A stretch of 64,000 nt of DNA from a virus (Duplodnaviria > Heunggongvirae > Uroviricota > Caudoviricetes), in IMG/VR virus record IMGVR_UViG_2609459822_000013, positions 12,652 through 76,651 of that record; one strand, 5' to 3'. Every line of letters starts with the position of its first letter. Position 1 is the stretch's first letter. The notes below the pieces were generated by a model, which was given only the letters and a program-made list of their open reading frames with translations, did no database searches and was not told the DNA's origin. The position numbers and the translations under genes were made by a program. Below, one piece after another: positions 18,393 through 28,557 of this stretch.

Positions 18393-19666
18393 AAACCGTG
18401 AGTAAAGAATTGATTCAGGTTAATACCAAATTAACCGCTAATACAATCCGCCGTGAAACGTATAACGGGCGGGAGCATATTGTTGTTCCGTCCTACACGT
18501 TACCCTTTAACATCGTAATGAACCGGGAATATTACCCGGAAGCTGAAATTATCGCTAATTACCAGTCACTGGAGGGTACACTTGCCCCGCTGGGCCATCC
18601 TACCGTTGACGGTAAATTTGTTTCCGCATTTAGCCCGGAAGGATTAAACACGGGTTTTTGTGGAGCGTGGAACAGAAACGTTGAATTACGCGGCAATCGT
18701 GTTTATGTGGAAAAATGGGTGGATATTGAAACAGCCAGCCATTCAGAACAAGGCCGCGAATTATTAAGCCGACTGGAATCACTGGAGAAAGGAGAAAGCA
18801 AAGATCCTATCTGGTCGTCCGTCGCTGTATACCGTCAACGTATGCCAGCTACTGAAGAGATGAAAGCCCAGGGCGCTGACCATGTAGTAAAAATTATGTC
18901 GATCGACCATGACGCTATTTTGCTGCATGAGCCGCCAGCCGCATCACCTGAACAGGGTGTAGGGTTGATGGTTAATACTGACCAGGCGAAACCGTTAATG
19001 GCGGTGGCAATGAAAGAAAACAGTTACCGTACGCTTGAGAAACAATTAACCGACGCGGCGCGTGAATTATTTCCTGATGCCGATTACGTGTATGTTGTGG
19101 ACTTCACTGATAAAGAAGTGACGATTGCCACTAATACCGAAAGTGCTCAAGTTTGCGCATATGAAAAACAGGCTGATAAAATTATTCTCAATAATGGCGA
19201 GCTTGCAACCAATGAGGAAAGTAAATCATGGTTCGCTCAGTTCGCTGAACACCTGTCTAATCTTTTCTCCCTGAATGAAAAAATTAAGGCCAATAAATCG
19301 GAGGACGATCCCATGCCTTTGACCAAAGAAGAACGCGCCGAACTGGTAAAAGAAATTAACGAAGGCTTATCCGCCAATATCGCTAATGCAGTAGCAGAGG
19401 CATTAAAACCAGTACAGGCAAGCGTTGAAGAATTACAGACCAATCAGAAAGCGATTAAAGAAGAGATCGCAGCAAACGCAAATAAAGAAGAAGCAGAAAA
19501 ACGCGCCGCAGTAGCAAAAGTACACGGCGAAATTGTTGCTAACGCATTAAGCGGTGAAGCGTTAGAAGCAATGTTTAAATCCCTGGGCAAAGCCGCGCCG
19601 ATGGCAACCAACGCAGCAAGCGAAGGTAAAAAAGGCGAAGTACCAGACTTTAACACCTATTTCTAA
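18383..19666 (+). CDS. Head scaffolding-like protein (putative)
   Basis: 427 aa; Ala/Glu-rich coiled-coil C-terminal half; located before capsid genes. Confidence 0.35.
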   Translation: MGVKTVSKELIQVNTKLTANTIRRETYNGREHIVVPSYTLPFNIVMNREYYPEAEIIANYQSLEGTLAPLGHPTVDGKFVSAFSPEGLNTGFCGAWNRNVELRGNRVYVEKWVDIETASHSEQGRELLSRLESLEKGESKDPIWSSVAVYRQRMPATEEMKAQGADHVVKIMSIDHDAILLHEPPAASPEQGVGLMVNTDQAKPLMAVAMKENSYRTLEKQLTDAARELFPDADYVYVVDFTDKEVTIATNTESAQVCAYEKQADKIILNNGELATNEESKSWFAQFAEHLSNLFSLNEKIKANKSEDDPMPLTKEERAELVKEINEGLSANIANAVAEALKPVQASVEELQTNQKAIKEEIAANANKEEAEKRAAVAKVHGEIVANALSGEALEAMFKSLGKAAPMATNAASEGKKGEVPDFNTYF

Positions 19667-19682
19667 TTAAAAGGGGATCACA

Positions 19683-20111
19683 ATGTCTCGTTTTCGTCGT
19701 GTAAATATTGATGGTAAATCCATTACCGAAACCTACACTGCTAAGGTCGCAGTAAAACCAGGTGAACTGGTAAAACTGGACGGAGGTAAGTTTGCAAAAG
19801 CAACCAGTGCTGATGTCGGTGCAGCTCAGTTGTACATCGTCAACCCGGCATTCCACGAAGGCAAAACCATTACTGATGCAATCGCTGCAAATGAAACTGT
19901 TGTTGCTGATTATGTGGAACAGGGCCGAGAGTTTGCTCTCCTTGTTCCTGCAGCCGCTTATGTTAAGGGTGCAGCTATTGCTCTCGCAGCCGACGGGGTG
20001 AAACTGTTTGTTGCGCCAAGTGAACAGGCAGTGCCAGATCCGATCATCGCATACTGCCAGGAAGACGTAACCCTGGAGGCGGAAGATTTTATCCGCGTTC
20101 GCGTTGCTTAA
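19683..20111 (+). CDS. Head decoration / accessory capsid protein (putative)
   Basis: 142 aa; immediately upstream of the major capsid gene. Confidence 0.3.
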   Translation: MSRFRRVNIDGKSITETYTAKVAVKPGELVKLDGGKFAKATSADVGAAQLYIVNPAFHEGKTITDAIAANETVVADYVEQGREFALLVPAAAYVKGAAIALAADGVKLFVAPSEQAVPDPIIAYCQEDVTLEAEDFIRVRVA

Positions 20112-20128
20112 TTTAAAAGGGGAAAAAC

Positions 20129-21193
20129 ATGTACTTTACAAAAGAAAACCTTGCCACCAACGCCCGTATGCAGGGCCATTGGAAAGAACTGTGGGCGCAA
20201 CGCAATATCTTCAACGAGCAGCACAACGCCATGATTGCAGCAAATCAGGCAAATATGACCGCTGAAATGTTGACCTGTAACGCCGTCGGCGGCTTCGCAA
20301 AAGAATTCTGGAAAGAAATCGATAACCAGATTATCGAACTGAACACCGAAGAAATCGGTATTGAGATCGTAAACGACCTGATGGGTGTGCAAACCGTACT
20401 GCCAGTCGGTAAAACGCTGAAAATGTACAACGTATCCGGTGACATCAATGATGAAGTTGTGATGTCTATGGATGGTCAAGCGCCACACGGCTTTGATCAC
20501 ACCGAATACGATAGCGATGGCGACCCGATCCCGATGTTCGCGGCTGGTTACGGTGTTAACTGGCGTCTCGCTCAGGGCTTGAATACTGTAGGCATCGACC
20601 TTGCCCTGGATAGTCAGCGCCTGAAACTGAAAAAATTCAACAAAGCACGCGTCCAGTTCTACCTGAATGGTAACGATCGCATCGTGGTTGATGGTCATAA
20701 AGCTATGGGTATTAAAAACCACAAAAGCACCCAGCAGCTTAAACTAAAAACCGTCGCAAAAGTCGACCTGACTACTGCGGTTTTCGACAAGATCATTGAC
20801 TTCTTCACCGTTGGTGAGTTCGGCAAGCTGGCTCGCGCCAACTTCGTAGCTAAATACGACGTCATGTGGGTATCGCCTGAGATCATGGCTAACCTGGCCC
20901 GTCCGCACATCGTCAATGGTGCTGTAGTCGGTAGCGTGCTGAGCGTCATTATGCCGTTCGCTCCGGTTGGTGAGATTCGCCAGAGCTATGCATTGTCCGG
21001 CAACGAGTTCATTGCTTATCAGCGCAGCCGTAGCGTAATTACCCCGCTGGTTGGTATGACTACTGGTGTTGTACCGTTACCGCGCATGATGCCGACTGAT
21101 AACTACAACTTCCGCATCATGTCCGCTGAGGGTCTGCAAATCACCCGTGACATGGAAGGTCGTTCAGGAGTGGTCTACGGCAGCAATACCTGA
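20129..21193 (+). CDS. Major capsid protein (putative)
   Basis: 354 aa; followed by a strong terminator; position typical for the major capsid gene. Confidence 0.5.
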   Translation: MYFTKENLATNARMQGHWKELWAQRNIFNEQHNAMIAANQANMTAEMLTCNAVGGFAKEFWKEIDNQIIELNTEEIGIEIVNDLMGVQTVLPVGKTLKMYNVSGDINDEVVMSMDGQAPHGFDHTEYDSDGDPIPMFAAGYGVNWRLAQGLNTVGIDLALDSQRLKLKKFNKARVQFYLNGNDRIVVDGHKAMGIKNHKSTQQLKLKTVAKVDLTTAVFDKIIDFFTVGEFGKLARANFVAKYDVMWVSPEIMANLARPHIVNGAVVGSVLSVIMPFAPVGEIRQSYALSGNEFIAYQRSRSVITPLVGMTTGVVPLPRMMPTDNYNFRIMSAEGLQITRDMEGRSGVVYGSNT

Positions 21194-21212
21194 TTGATGT
21201 GTTTCTGTAGCT

Positions 21213-21240
21213 CCCCGGCGCAATGCCGGGGATTTTTTTT
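21213..21240 (+). terminator. Rho-independent terminator after the capsid gene
   Basis: ccccggcg-caat-gccgggg hairpin followed by T8. Confidence 0.55.
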
Positions 21241-21258
21241 GTATGTGGAGAAAACAAA

Positions 21259-21645
21259 ATGGTTACCACACAACAGGCGCGGGAATATCTCGAAAGCCAG
21301 GGGATTGAAATACCAGACGTGGTTTTATCTTTGCTGGTGGAGCAGGCAAATAGCGTTAATGAATGCCTTGATGCCAATTATCCGTCCTCCACTGCAACAT
21401 TGATTCAGCTTTATCTCATTGGCCTGTTAGGACTCAGCCAGGCTGATAAATACATTTCCTCGCAGACTGGGCCGAACGGTGCGATCCAGTCCTACCGCTA
21501 TGTCGATTTTAATAAAAGATGGAAGGCAGCTTGCTCGTTGCTTCGTTCAATTGACAAACATAATTGCACAGCCGAACTAATCCCGGCAGATCCCGAAGCC
21601 ACCGCGCACGCCGGACTATGGATCGGTAAGAGTAGGAGGATGTAA
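21259..21645 (+). CDS. Head-tail connector / head completion protein (putative)
   Basis: Internal ATG (MVTTQQ) with GGAGAAAAC upstream. Confidence 0.3.
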   Translation: MVTTQQAREYLESQGIEIPDVVLSLLVEQANSVNECLDANYPSSTATLIQLYLIGLLGLSQADKYISSQTGPNGAIQSYRYVDFNKRWKAACSLLRSIDKHNCTAELIPADPEATAHAGLWIGKSRRM

Positions 21646-21647
21646 CA

Positions 21648-21833
21648 ATGTGGAACGACCTAACACTACCGAAGCCACTAATGCCGAAGCCGTTTACCCG
21701 CGTATGGGTGAAGACTGACACCGGGCGACAGGTGGCGGCATATCTCAATGATGCTGGTGAATGGGTGATTCTTTGCCCGCGCGTGGCGAAAACTCATCCA
21801 AAGGTCATTAGCTGGAGTTACGGCTATGAGTAA
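21648..21833 (+). CDS. Hypothetical small structural-module protein
   Basis: 61-aa ORF in track. Confidence 0.3.
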   Translation: MWNDLTLPKPLMPKPFTRVWVKTDTGRQVAAYLNDAGEWVILCPRVAKTHPKVISWSYGYE

Positions 21834-22194
21834 GATTGCGCGATTCAGTTACAAGGCATTAGCCACCATCTACCCCGTAACGCATGACGACTGGACAAAC
21901 GCCGACGTATACGGCGCACCATACCTGATTAACTGCGCATGGGAGCGCACCGACGGCACTGCAACAGACACAAACGGTAATGAGGTTAGCAATACAATAA
22001 CCGTATTTACCGAACTGCTTCATAATATGCAGCCAGTGCAGCGCCCGAAAAACGGCTGGATGATTGCCACTGGCGACACCACTAATATTTCCGACCCGCT
22101 GGTGGCTGGGGCCAACGTTATTACCGGGATCGTTGAATGGGATATGAGCATGTTTAACGACACGCCGGATTATAAGATCGTGACAGGGGGTTAA
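21826..22194 (+). CDS. Hypothetical structural-module protein
   Basis: 122-aa ORF in track. Confidence 0.3.
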   Translation: MSKIARFSYKALATIYPVTHDDWTNADVYGAPYLINCAWERTDGTATDTNGNEVSNTITVFTELLHNMQPVQRPKNGWMIATGDTTNISDPLVAGANVITGIVEWDMSMFNDTPDYKIVTGG

Positions 22195-22196
22195 TC

Positions 22197-22661
22197 ATGC
22201 CTATCAAGGGGGTTAAACGCGTCCGTGAGAGATTAAAGCAGGAGCTAAAGGAAATCACCGATAAAAAGACGCACGAAGTTTTATGGCGCGTCGGTATGCT
22301 GGCTGGTGGCTTCGCGGCTAATATGACGCCAGTCGATACGGGCTTCTTAATTAACAGTCAGTTCCAGTACATAGGGAACACGGCGGACGGTATGCAATTA
22401 CGCCTGGGATATACGGCCCGCTACGCTGAATGGGTGCACAATATGCCGGGTACATTAAAAGGCCAGCCGCGCGAAGATTTCGGCAAAACGAATAACCTTT
22501 CAGATTTCGGACCGAAACAGGTAATTAGTTTTGGTGGTGGTACTGGAAAGGGTAATTATTGGGATCCAAATGCGGAGCCTGGATTCTTGCGTAAGGCATT
22601 CGAAGATCCTAACCACGCCGATGATATTTATAAAGAAATTGTAGAAGGTTACAAAGTATGA
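22197..22661 (+). CDS. Head-tail joining protein, HK97 gp10-like (putative)
   Basis: 154 aa; sits between head and tail tube genes. Confidence 0.35.
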   Translation: MPIKGVKRVRERLKQELKEITDKKTHEVLWRVGMLAGGFAANMTPVDTGFLINSQFQYIGNTADGMQLRLGYTARYAEWVHNMPGTLKGQPREDFGKTNNLSDFGPKQVISFGGGTGKGNYWDPNAEPGFLRKAFEDPNHADDIYKEIVEGYKV

Positions 22662-23044
22662 AACGCAGCGAAGTTTACGACGAAATAAGGGATTGGATTC
22701 AATCCCACGGATACGATGAAGGCTATATTTTGCAGGCCCGTTTCTGGAATGAGCGAAGTAATTCGAATAATGACAGATACATCGTGATCCAGCAAAACGG
22801 CGGCGCGGCTGGTGAGGAAGCAATAACCCGTGATTATTTCCGCATCCTGGTTATTTCAGCGCGTAATGATGCAAATATCAGTGAGGTGGAAGACCTTGCC
22901 GATGCCATCCGTCAAAGTATGTTAACAGAATATAAAACTGATAAAATTACACACATGAAGCCAGTTGGCGCTATTCCTGCAATACAGACAAGAGAAGGGC
23001 GCTTTATTTTTACCGTAGCCTTTCAAACCATCATATCAAGATAA
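22658..23044 (+). CDS. Tail completion protein (putative)
   Basis: 128-aa ORF, ATGA-coupled. Confidence 0.3.
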   Translation: MKRSEVYDEIRDWIQSHGYDEGYILQARFWNERSNSNNDRYIVIQQNGGAAGEEAITRDYFRILVISARNDANISEVEDLADAIRQSMLTEYKTDKITHMKPVGAIPAIQTREGRFIFTVAFQTIISR

Positions 23045-23057
23045 GAGGTAAATTAAC

Positions 23058-23534
23058 ATGTCTCAGACTTGCGAAAAAGGCACGTTTACAGGCCGTGACG
23101 TTGCTGTATTCTTCGCTATCGCTTGTCCAAATGCGAAGCCGGAAACTGGAGCGTACAAAGCGTTAGGCATGATGCGTGGTAAAACACTTTCCGTTGAATG
23201 GGAAACCGCTGACGCCACCGCCGATAAATCAGCCGATTACACGAAAGAATCAATGGTTACTTACAAATCCGTTTCTTTCTCCGGCGACGGTGTGTCCCGC
23301 ACTGAAGAAATCCATAATCAGAAAGCGCTGAAACGCCACGTAATTACGCCAGGTGAAACCACCGGATCACAACCTTATGTATGGCTGAAGATCGTTTCTC
23401 CTGTAGACGTAACTGAAGGCCCATTCCTTTGCACTTCCTTTAAAGAAGAAGATCCGCATGATGATGTTTCCACCTGGTCTATTGAGTGCGAAAGCGCTGG
23501 CAAGGTAACGGTAGGCGACGTTCCGCCAGCATAA
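23058..23534 (+). CDS. Major tail tube protein (putative)
   Basis: 158 aa; strong RBS; position before tail chaperone and tape measure. Confidence 0.45.
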   Translation: MSQTCEKGTFTGRDVAVFFAIACPNAKPETGAYKALGMMRGKTLSVEWETADATADKSADYTKESMVTYKSVSFSGDGVSRTEEIHNQKALKRHVITPGETTGSQPYVWLKIVSPVDVTEGPFLCTSFKEEDPHDDVSTWSIECESAGKVTVGDVPPA

Positions 23535-23589
23535 CAGCCAATATTAACAATCGGGGCCATTTGGCCCCTTTTCTTTTAAGGTGAATACT

Positions 23590-24267
23590 ATGATCCATGT
23601 TCGTACAGGGCAATTTGCGGCTGTGGTGAACGGTAAGCGCTATGAGTTTAATCCTTGCTTTGCTGCGATGGCTAAAATCGGCAACGATAGTGAGCTTGTC
23701 GAATATTTCGCACTTATCCACGGCAGCAAATACCCTTCACGATTACCTACAGATCCAGACCTCCGCAATCGCATTATGGCACGGTGTTATGGTGAGATAG
23801 TGCAAACGTCAATGCGCATCCTGAAATGTTGCTCAGACGACGAAACAGGCCAGTTATTGGGCAAATGTAGGTTTACTCCTTCTGGTAAATTGAGACTAAA
23901 ACCCGGACTGATGCCTACAAGTGATGTTATCACGCTGGCGCAACATTGCATGTACCACGGTTTAATTGGTGACGGGCCAGAAGAAGACGCCGGAGAGATC
24001 CGGGAAGGGGAATATAAGCCGACTTTTAACGTGCTGGAATTCGTTTATTCTGCCGTAGCTCACCTGGGATTATCTGAATCAGAAGCGTGGAATATGACAA
24101 TGACCGGATATAGGGCCGCTGTACGCGCTAAAACGCCGCCAGAAGCAAGAAACAAACAAAAACGCCCAAATGTATTGCTGGATAAAAAGGCTTATGACGA
24201 TGGAATGAATGGTGCTATGGAGATACTAAAAAGAATGAAAAATCGCGAGCAAGAAAAAGCCCGGTAG
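23590..24267 (+). CDS. Tail assembly chaperone (putative)
   Basis: ATG with AAGGTGA upstream; lies between tail tube and tape measure genes. Confidence 0.3.
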   Translation: MIHVRTGQFAAVVNGKRYEFNPCFAAMAKIGNDSELVEYFALIHGSKYPSRLPTDPDLRNRIMARCYGEIVQTSMRILKCCSDDETGQLLGKCRFTPSGKLRLKPGLMPTSDVITLAQHCMYHGLIGDGPEEDAGEIREGEYKPTFNVLEFVYSAVAHLGLSESEAWNMTMTGYRAAVRAKTPPEARNKQKRPNVLLDKKAYDDGMNGAMEILKRMKNREQEKAR

Positions 24268-24285
24268 ATCCGGGCGTTTTTGTTA
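24259..24285. terminator. Bidirectional rho-independent terminator
   Basis: gcccgg-tagat-ccgggc hairpin flanked by A-run and T-run, between converging genes. Confidence 0.45.
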
Positions 24286-24292
24286 AGTTCGC

Positions 24293-24613
24293 TTATGCTA
24301 TTTTTTCGTAAAGCACATTCATCTGGGTGCGAATCACTGTTAATATATTGATTGCTGCGTTCTTATTAATGCGTTTATTCGCTACTATTTTTGTTTTCCC
24401 ATCAATAACAACCAGATCTGCGTGCAATACATGGTTGAAGTTGACAATGTAATAATACTGTTTATCGCCAACATGTTGAACATATGCACCATTTAGATTT
24501 CCTTTATACCCACAATCACGCTCTGCGACACCGAAGTCAAATTCGCGGTTCATCTTGCGATTATATGCTACTTGTTTATGTTCCCATTTTCTCATCCATT
24601 CATCGCGTTTCAT
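24293..24613 (-). CDS. Antisense moron, hypothetical 106-aa protein
   Basis: Opposite strand to the tail operon; AAGGGTGA RBS; follows the lipoprotein gene by 9 nt. Confidence 0.4.
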   Translation of the reverse strand: MKRDEWMRKWEHKQVAYNRKMNREFDFGVAERDCGYKGNLNGAYVQHVGDKQYYYIVNFNHVLHADLVVIDGKTKIVANKRINKNAAINILTVIRTQMNVLYEKIA

Positions 24614-24622
24614 GTTTCACCC

Positions 24623-25282
24623 TTAATTCCAGTTGCAAGCGTTTTTCACTTTGTCGATGTGGTTATAAAGACCATCAATGTTAAACACTGCTTTCTCAAT
24701 GTCGCCAGCTTCCGGCACTGCTTCAATGATAAATTGTTTTTCGTTAACCAGTTTTTTAATCATTGGGATGGCTTTTTTGCCGTTCCATAATCCAAGAGCT
24801 TTATAGTTAGTTGACCGACTCCATTCAGTAGCTACAGCTTTGTGATCGCCGATCCGGTAGTTAATATAAGTAGTGTCCCCAGCGTCAGTTACATGGTTTG
24901 ACCATGCTACGAACATTTTTGTTTTATTACCCTGGCAAGCTATTGTTAATACAGGTTTGTTTTCATCCCGTGCTTTCAGTGTAGGGAAAGCATCAAGACT
25001 TCCGCTGAAATGTTCTGCTTTCACGAAAAGGAACACGTTTTTTGTGTCCTGCATATCATCTTTTCTTTCGACCACAAGCCACTGTTTACCAGCTTTTTCT
25101 TTTGCTAACTGTGCCTCATATGCGGCTTGTTTTGCTTGTTGTTCTGCAAGCCATTTAGCATTTTTCTCTGCTAATGCTTGTTGCTCTTGATTGGTCACTA
25201 TAGGCGCTTTTTCATTATCCTCATTGCAACCAACCAGACCCAATACCGCCGCAATCATTGCCACTTTTGCTAACCGTTTCAT
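24623..25282 (-). CDS. Antisense moron, predicted lipoprotein
   Basis: 219 aa; signal peptide with lipobox (VLGLVGC); inserted between tail chaperone and tape measure. Confidence 0.5.
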   Translation of the reverse strand: MKRLAKVAMIAAVLGLVGCNEDNEKAPIVTNQEQQALAEKNAKWLAEQQAKQAAYEAQLAKEKAGKQWLVVERKDDMQDTKNVFLFVKAEHFSGSLDAFPTLKARDENKPVLTIACQGNKTKMFVAWSNHVTDAGDTTYINYRIGDHKAVATEWSRSTNYKALGLWNGKKAIPMIKKLVNEKQFIIEAVPEAGDIEKAVFNIDGLYNHIDKVKNACNWN

Positions 25283-25409
25283 AACCCACCACGCTAACTT
25301 GATTTACTGACCATTCCCTTTAGCTTCCTTATACAAAATGGAGTCGTTGAAGTAAAGCCATTTTGTATAAAATAGATACACAGATCACATTTTTGCATGA
25401 GGTTAAATC

Positions 25410-27746
25410 ATGGATACCAGTGTAGGTACAATTTATTACGAAGTTGATGCGAAAACTAGTCAACTTCTCGTTGCACAACGACAGGCAGACCAGGCCTTTG
25501 GGCGTATAGAGCGCGGCGCAAAACAGGCTGACCGCCAGGTAAACACCCTGAAAACATCCATCAAGGCACTGACCAGGGTTATCCATTTGCTAATTGCTGC
25601 GGAGGCCGTGCGTCAATTCATGGATATGGCGGAGCAAGCAAAAATGCTTCGCGTAAAAATCAAAATGCTTACGGGCGATGCGGAGTCCGCCGGACGGGTT
25701 TTTGATGGCCTAAAAGCAATATCAAAAGAAACAGGCCAAAGCATGAAGGATACCGGGGATCTGTGGCAAGGCTTAGCTATCTCACTGAAGAACACGTCCG
25801 CCACTGAAGGGCAATTGCTTAACCTGGTAGGTACGATTCAGAAAATGGGGGCGTTGGGCGGCGCGTCAGCTGAGCAGATGTCAAACTCAATGCGTCAATT
25901 CCGTCAGTCTATCGACGGTGGCGTGTTGCGTGCTGAAGAATTCAACAGCCTGTTAGAAAACACCCCGACCATCGTACAGACAATGGCACGCCAGATGGGG
26001 TTATCAATGGGCCAATTCCGCGCCGAAATGCTGGACGGTAAGATCACGGCAGAAAGGATGGTTAACGCAATCCAGGCGGCTACGCAGGAAACAAACGAGA
26101 AGTTTGCGCAGTTGCCGCGCACATCCGGCATGGCCCTGAATGAGCTTAAAGTCGAGGTTATGGGACTTGTTGAGCAATTGGATGATCTTTTCGGTGTATC
26201 CGATACGGTTGTTGCTGGTATCGATCTTGTAACGAAAGGTGTTAAGGCTTTAGGTGAAGGCGCTGATTTCGCTAAAACCTGCTTTAACACCCTGAAGACG
26301 GCTGGTGGCGAATTCATCGACATGTTTGAAGATGTCAGAATCAAGGCTGGCGAGGTAGCCGAGAAGATCATCGCAATGGTGACGCCAATCAAGGCACTAA
26401 TGGATGCCTACAAATGGATGAAGGAGGTCGTAGGAGAGCAAACCGACGAATATAACAGCAACTACGAGAAGAAATACGGTAAGACCGTTGGCAAGGTCAT
26501 GCAACTACAGGATGATCTGACCGCAGCAATCCAGGCTACAGAAGAAGCAAGGAAAAATGAACAGAATGCCGCCAATGACGGAGCGATTACCGGATTCGAA
26601 AAGCCAGTAGACAAACCGAAAAAACAGAAAAAAGAGAAGAAATCTGAAGCTGATCGTCTTGGCGATAAAGGTATAAGCGTTTCTGACCAGTACAACAAAG
26701 ACGCCGCCGCTATGCGCAAAGCGTTAGAGAGCGGCAAGGCCATTGATGCTGCATTCGCCCAGGGTAAAATCACTCTCCTTGAGTACCGCGCCGCGCAAAA
26801 AGGGATAGGTAAGGAACTAAAGGAAGAATTAGCACAAATTCCGGTAGAGGAATTGCGCGACAAATGGGAGCAAATAGTAAGCCCGATGGATCAGCTAAAG
26901 GGCGAAGTAGACCCTATTCAGCAGGTTCAAAATGAATGGGCCGTCCGTAAGCAAATGCTTATCGACCTGGGCGTGACGGAAGCGCAACAGAAACAGGAAC
27001 TGTTAGCCTATGAGCAACAGATCCGCGATCTGAAGTGGGAGCAATGGCAGGCGCAAAGCGACACAAACAGCCTTATCGGTGATTGCGTTAATGGCCTTAA
27101 AGGTGGTATGAGCAATGCACTTGTTGGCCTGTTAAATGGTACTCAATCATTGAGTGATGTTTTTGCTAACTTAGGCAGCAATATCCTCGGGAATATCGGT
27201 AACAGGCTTTCAGACATAGCTGCAAACTGGATAGCAGATCAGATCATGATGGAAACGCAAAGCAAAGCGACTCAGGCAAGTACCACGGCGGGCGCGGTAG
27301 CGGCGCAAGGCCAGATTGCTGCGGCGGCGGCCCCGGCGGCGGCGGCAACAGCGGCGTCAACTGGCGGCGCATGGGCGGCGGCTGGTTCTGCGGCACTCAC
27401 TGCGATCATGTCGCTGGCTACGTCAATTTTTGGCGGCGGTCGCTTTAATGGTGGTAGCGTCATTGGTGGCAATATGTACCGTGTAGGGGAACACAACAGG
27501 CCGGAGCTATTCCAGACATCTAACGGAAATCAATATATGATCCCTGGCGAGAATGGCAGGGTTATTCCTGGTCGTGACATTGGCGGTGGCATTAGTATGC
27601 CTGTCAATATCAACATTCAGACCACAAACGGATTTAGCGACGAGGACAGCCGCAGACTTGAGCAGACAATGGAACGTGTAGCAATGAAAATGATAACAAG
27701 GGAATCACAACGACCAGGCGGAATATTGCAACCTCGCCGCAAATAA
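25410..27746 (+). CDS. Tail tape measure protein
   Basis: 778 aa; long helical, Ala/Gly-rich, typical tape-measure composition; position upstream of gpM/L/K/I/J. Confidence 0.7.
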   Translation: MDTSVGTIYYEVDAKTSQLLVAQRQADQAFGRIERGAKQADRQVNTLKTSIKALTRVIHLLIAAEAVRQFMDMAEQAKMLRVKIKMLTGDAESAGRVFDGLKAISKETGQSMKDTGDLWQGLAISLKNTSATEGQLLNLVGTIQKMGALGGASAEQMSNSMRQFRQSIDGGVLRAEEFNSLLENTPTIVQTMARQMGLSMGQFRAEMLDGKITAERMVNAIQAATQETNEKFAQLPRTSGMALNELKVEVMGLVEQLDDLFGVSDTVVAGIDLVTKGVKALGEGADFAKTCFNTLKTAGGEFIDMFEDVRIKAGEVAEKIIAMVTPIKALMDAYKWMKEVVGEQTDEYNSNYEKKYGKTVGKVMQLQDDLTAAIQATEEARKNEQNAANDGAITGFEKPVDKPKKQKKEKKSEADRLGDKGISVSDQYNKDAAAMRKALESGKAIDAAFAQGKITLLEYRAAQKGIGKELKEELAQIPVEELRDKWEQIVSPMDQLKGEVDPIQQVQNEWAVRKQMLIDLGVTEAQQKQELLAYEQQIRDLKWEQWQAQSDTNSLIGDCVNGLKGGMSNALVGLLNGTQSLSDVFANLGSNILGNIGNRLSDIAANWIADQIMMETQSKATQASTTAGAVAAQGQIAAAAAPAAAATAASTGGAWAAAGSAALTAIMSLATSIFGGGRFNGGSVIGGNMYRVGEHNRPELFQTSNGNQYMIPGENGRVIPGRDIGGGISMPVNINIQTTNGFSDEDSRRLEQTMERVAMKMITRESQRPGGILQPRRK

Positions 27747-27752
27747 ACAAAA

Positions 27753-27771
27753 CCCCGGCACAATGCCGGGG
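27753..27771. terminator. GC hairpin terminator (likely bidirectional)
   Basis: ccccggca-caat-gccgggg, nearly identical to the hairpin at 21213; A-run on one side, T-rich on the other. Confidence 0.4.
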
Positions 27772-27777
27772 CTATCT

Positions 27778-27957
27778 TTATTCAATTTCATCATTTTTAA
27801 ATTCGCCGTTTGCATAAAGCTGTAATGCGCTTATCAGTTCGTCAGCTTGCTTTTTGTCTATTACAATCATCTCGCAGTCGCTAACGTTCCATAATCTTCC
27901 ATCATCTTCAACACTAAGATCAATCCTTCTGCATTCTTCAGTCTCATGAATAATCAT
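27778..27957 (-). CDS. Antisense small ORF, 59-aa acidic protein
   Basis: Hand-translated, not in track; GAAGG RBS; DGR-containing sequence loosely similar to the 62-aa moron at 30114-30302. Confidence 0.3.
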   Translation of the reverse strand: MIIHETEECRRIDLSVEDDGRLWNVSDCEMIVIDKKQADELISALQLYANGEFKNDEIE

Positions 27958-28285
27958 TATAAACCTTCATTATGTTATTAATTTTAGTGAATAAATTTAC
28001 TCAAATCTTGTATACCCTCTTTCAATTTTCCCTCCGTGTACACTTCTGGCAAATACCGCGTCAGTATACCTAAAAAATGGGCATGTATATGTATCACCTT
28101 TACTATCCATCCATTTTAGCACCCATGCCATACGTTTTACATTGCTTTTATTTGCCGGGTTTTTCATTTTATTTTCCTCCGCAAATTACAATCTTTCGTT
28201 TCTTGCTATATAGCTGCGAGAAAACATTACCAACCAAATATTCCAGATCTCCCTCCAGGTGAATTTATCGTCCTCCATACCCACC

Positions 28286-28540
28286 TCACTTATGGCAACC
28301 GCGAACGCCAGACAATTCATTGAATTTATGGTGTTCAACAATCACCCACTCCTTCAGATCCTGGCTATAGACTCGCCAGTCTAAATTGGCGCGGAAGGCG
28401 TAGCCGTAACCGTCTTTCAATTTTTTGGGTGACGCATTCTTGTTTAAAAACGCGTTCAAAAGTTCCTTTGCTTTTTTGACTGCATGCCCCGGCGCGTTTT
28501 TCTGTGCTTTCAGATTTTTGTCAATCGCTACCAGTTTCAT
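28286..28540 (-). CDS. RelE/YafQ-superfamily toxin-like protein (putative)
   Basis: 84 aa; C-terminal FRANLDWRVY...VIVEHH resembles the RelE/YafQ/HigB core. Confidence 0.4.
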   Translation of the reverse strand: MKLVAIDKNLKAQKNAPGHAVKKAKELLNAFLNKNASPKKLKDGYGYAFRANLDWRVYSQDLKEWVIVEHHKFNELSGVRGCHK

Positions 28541-28557
28541 AACTCACCCCATCATCC

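Noticed and set aside
20108-20722. 204-aa minus-strand ORF overlapping the major capsid gene
   Set aside because: Entirely antisense to a strongly supported structural gene in a compact operon; no RBS context.
25904-26863. Minus-strand ORFs (162 and 133 aa) inside the tape measure gene
   Set aside because: Antisense frames of a long, compositionally biased gene; low-complexity translations.
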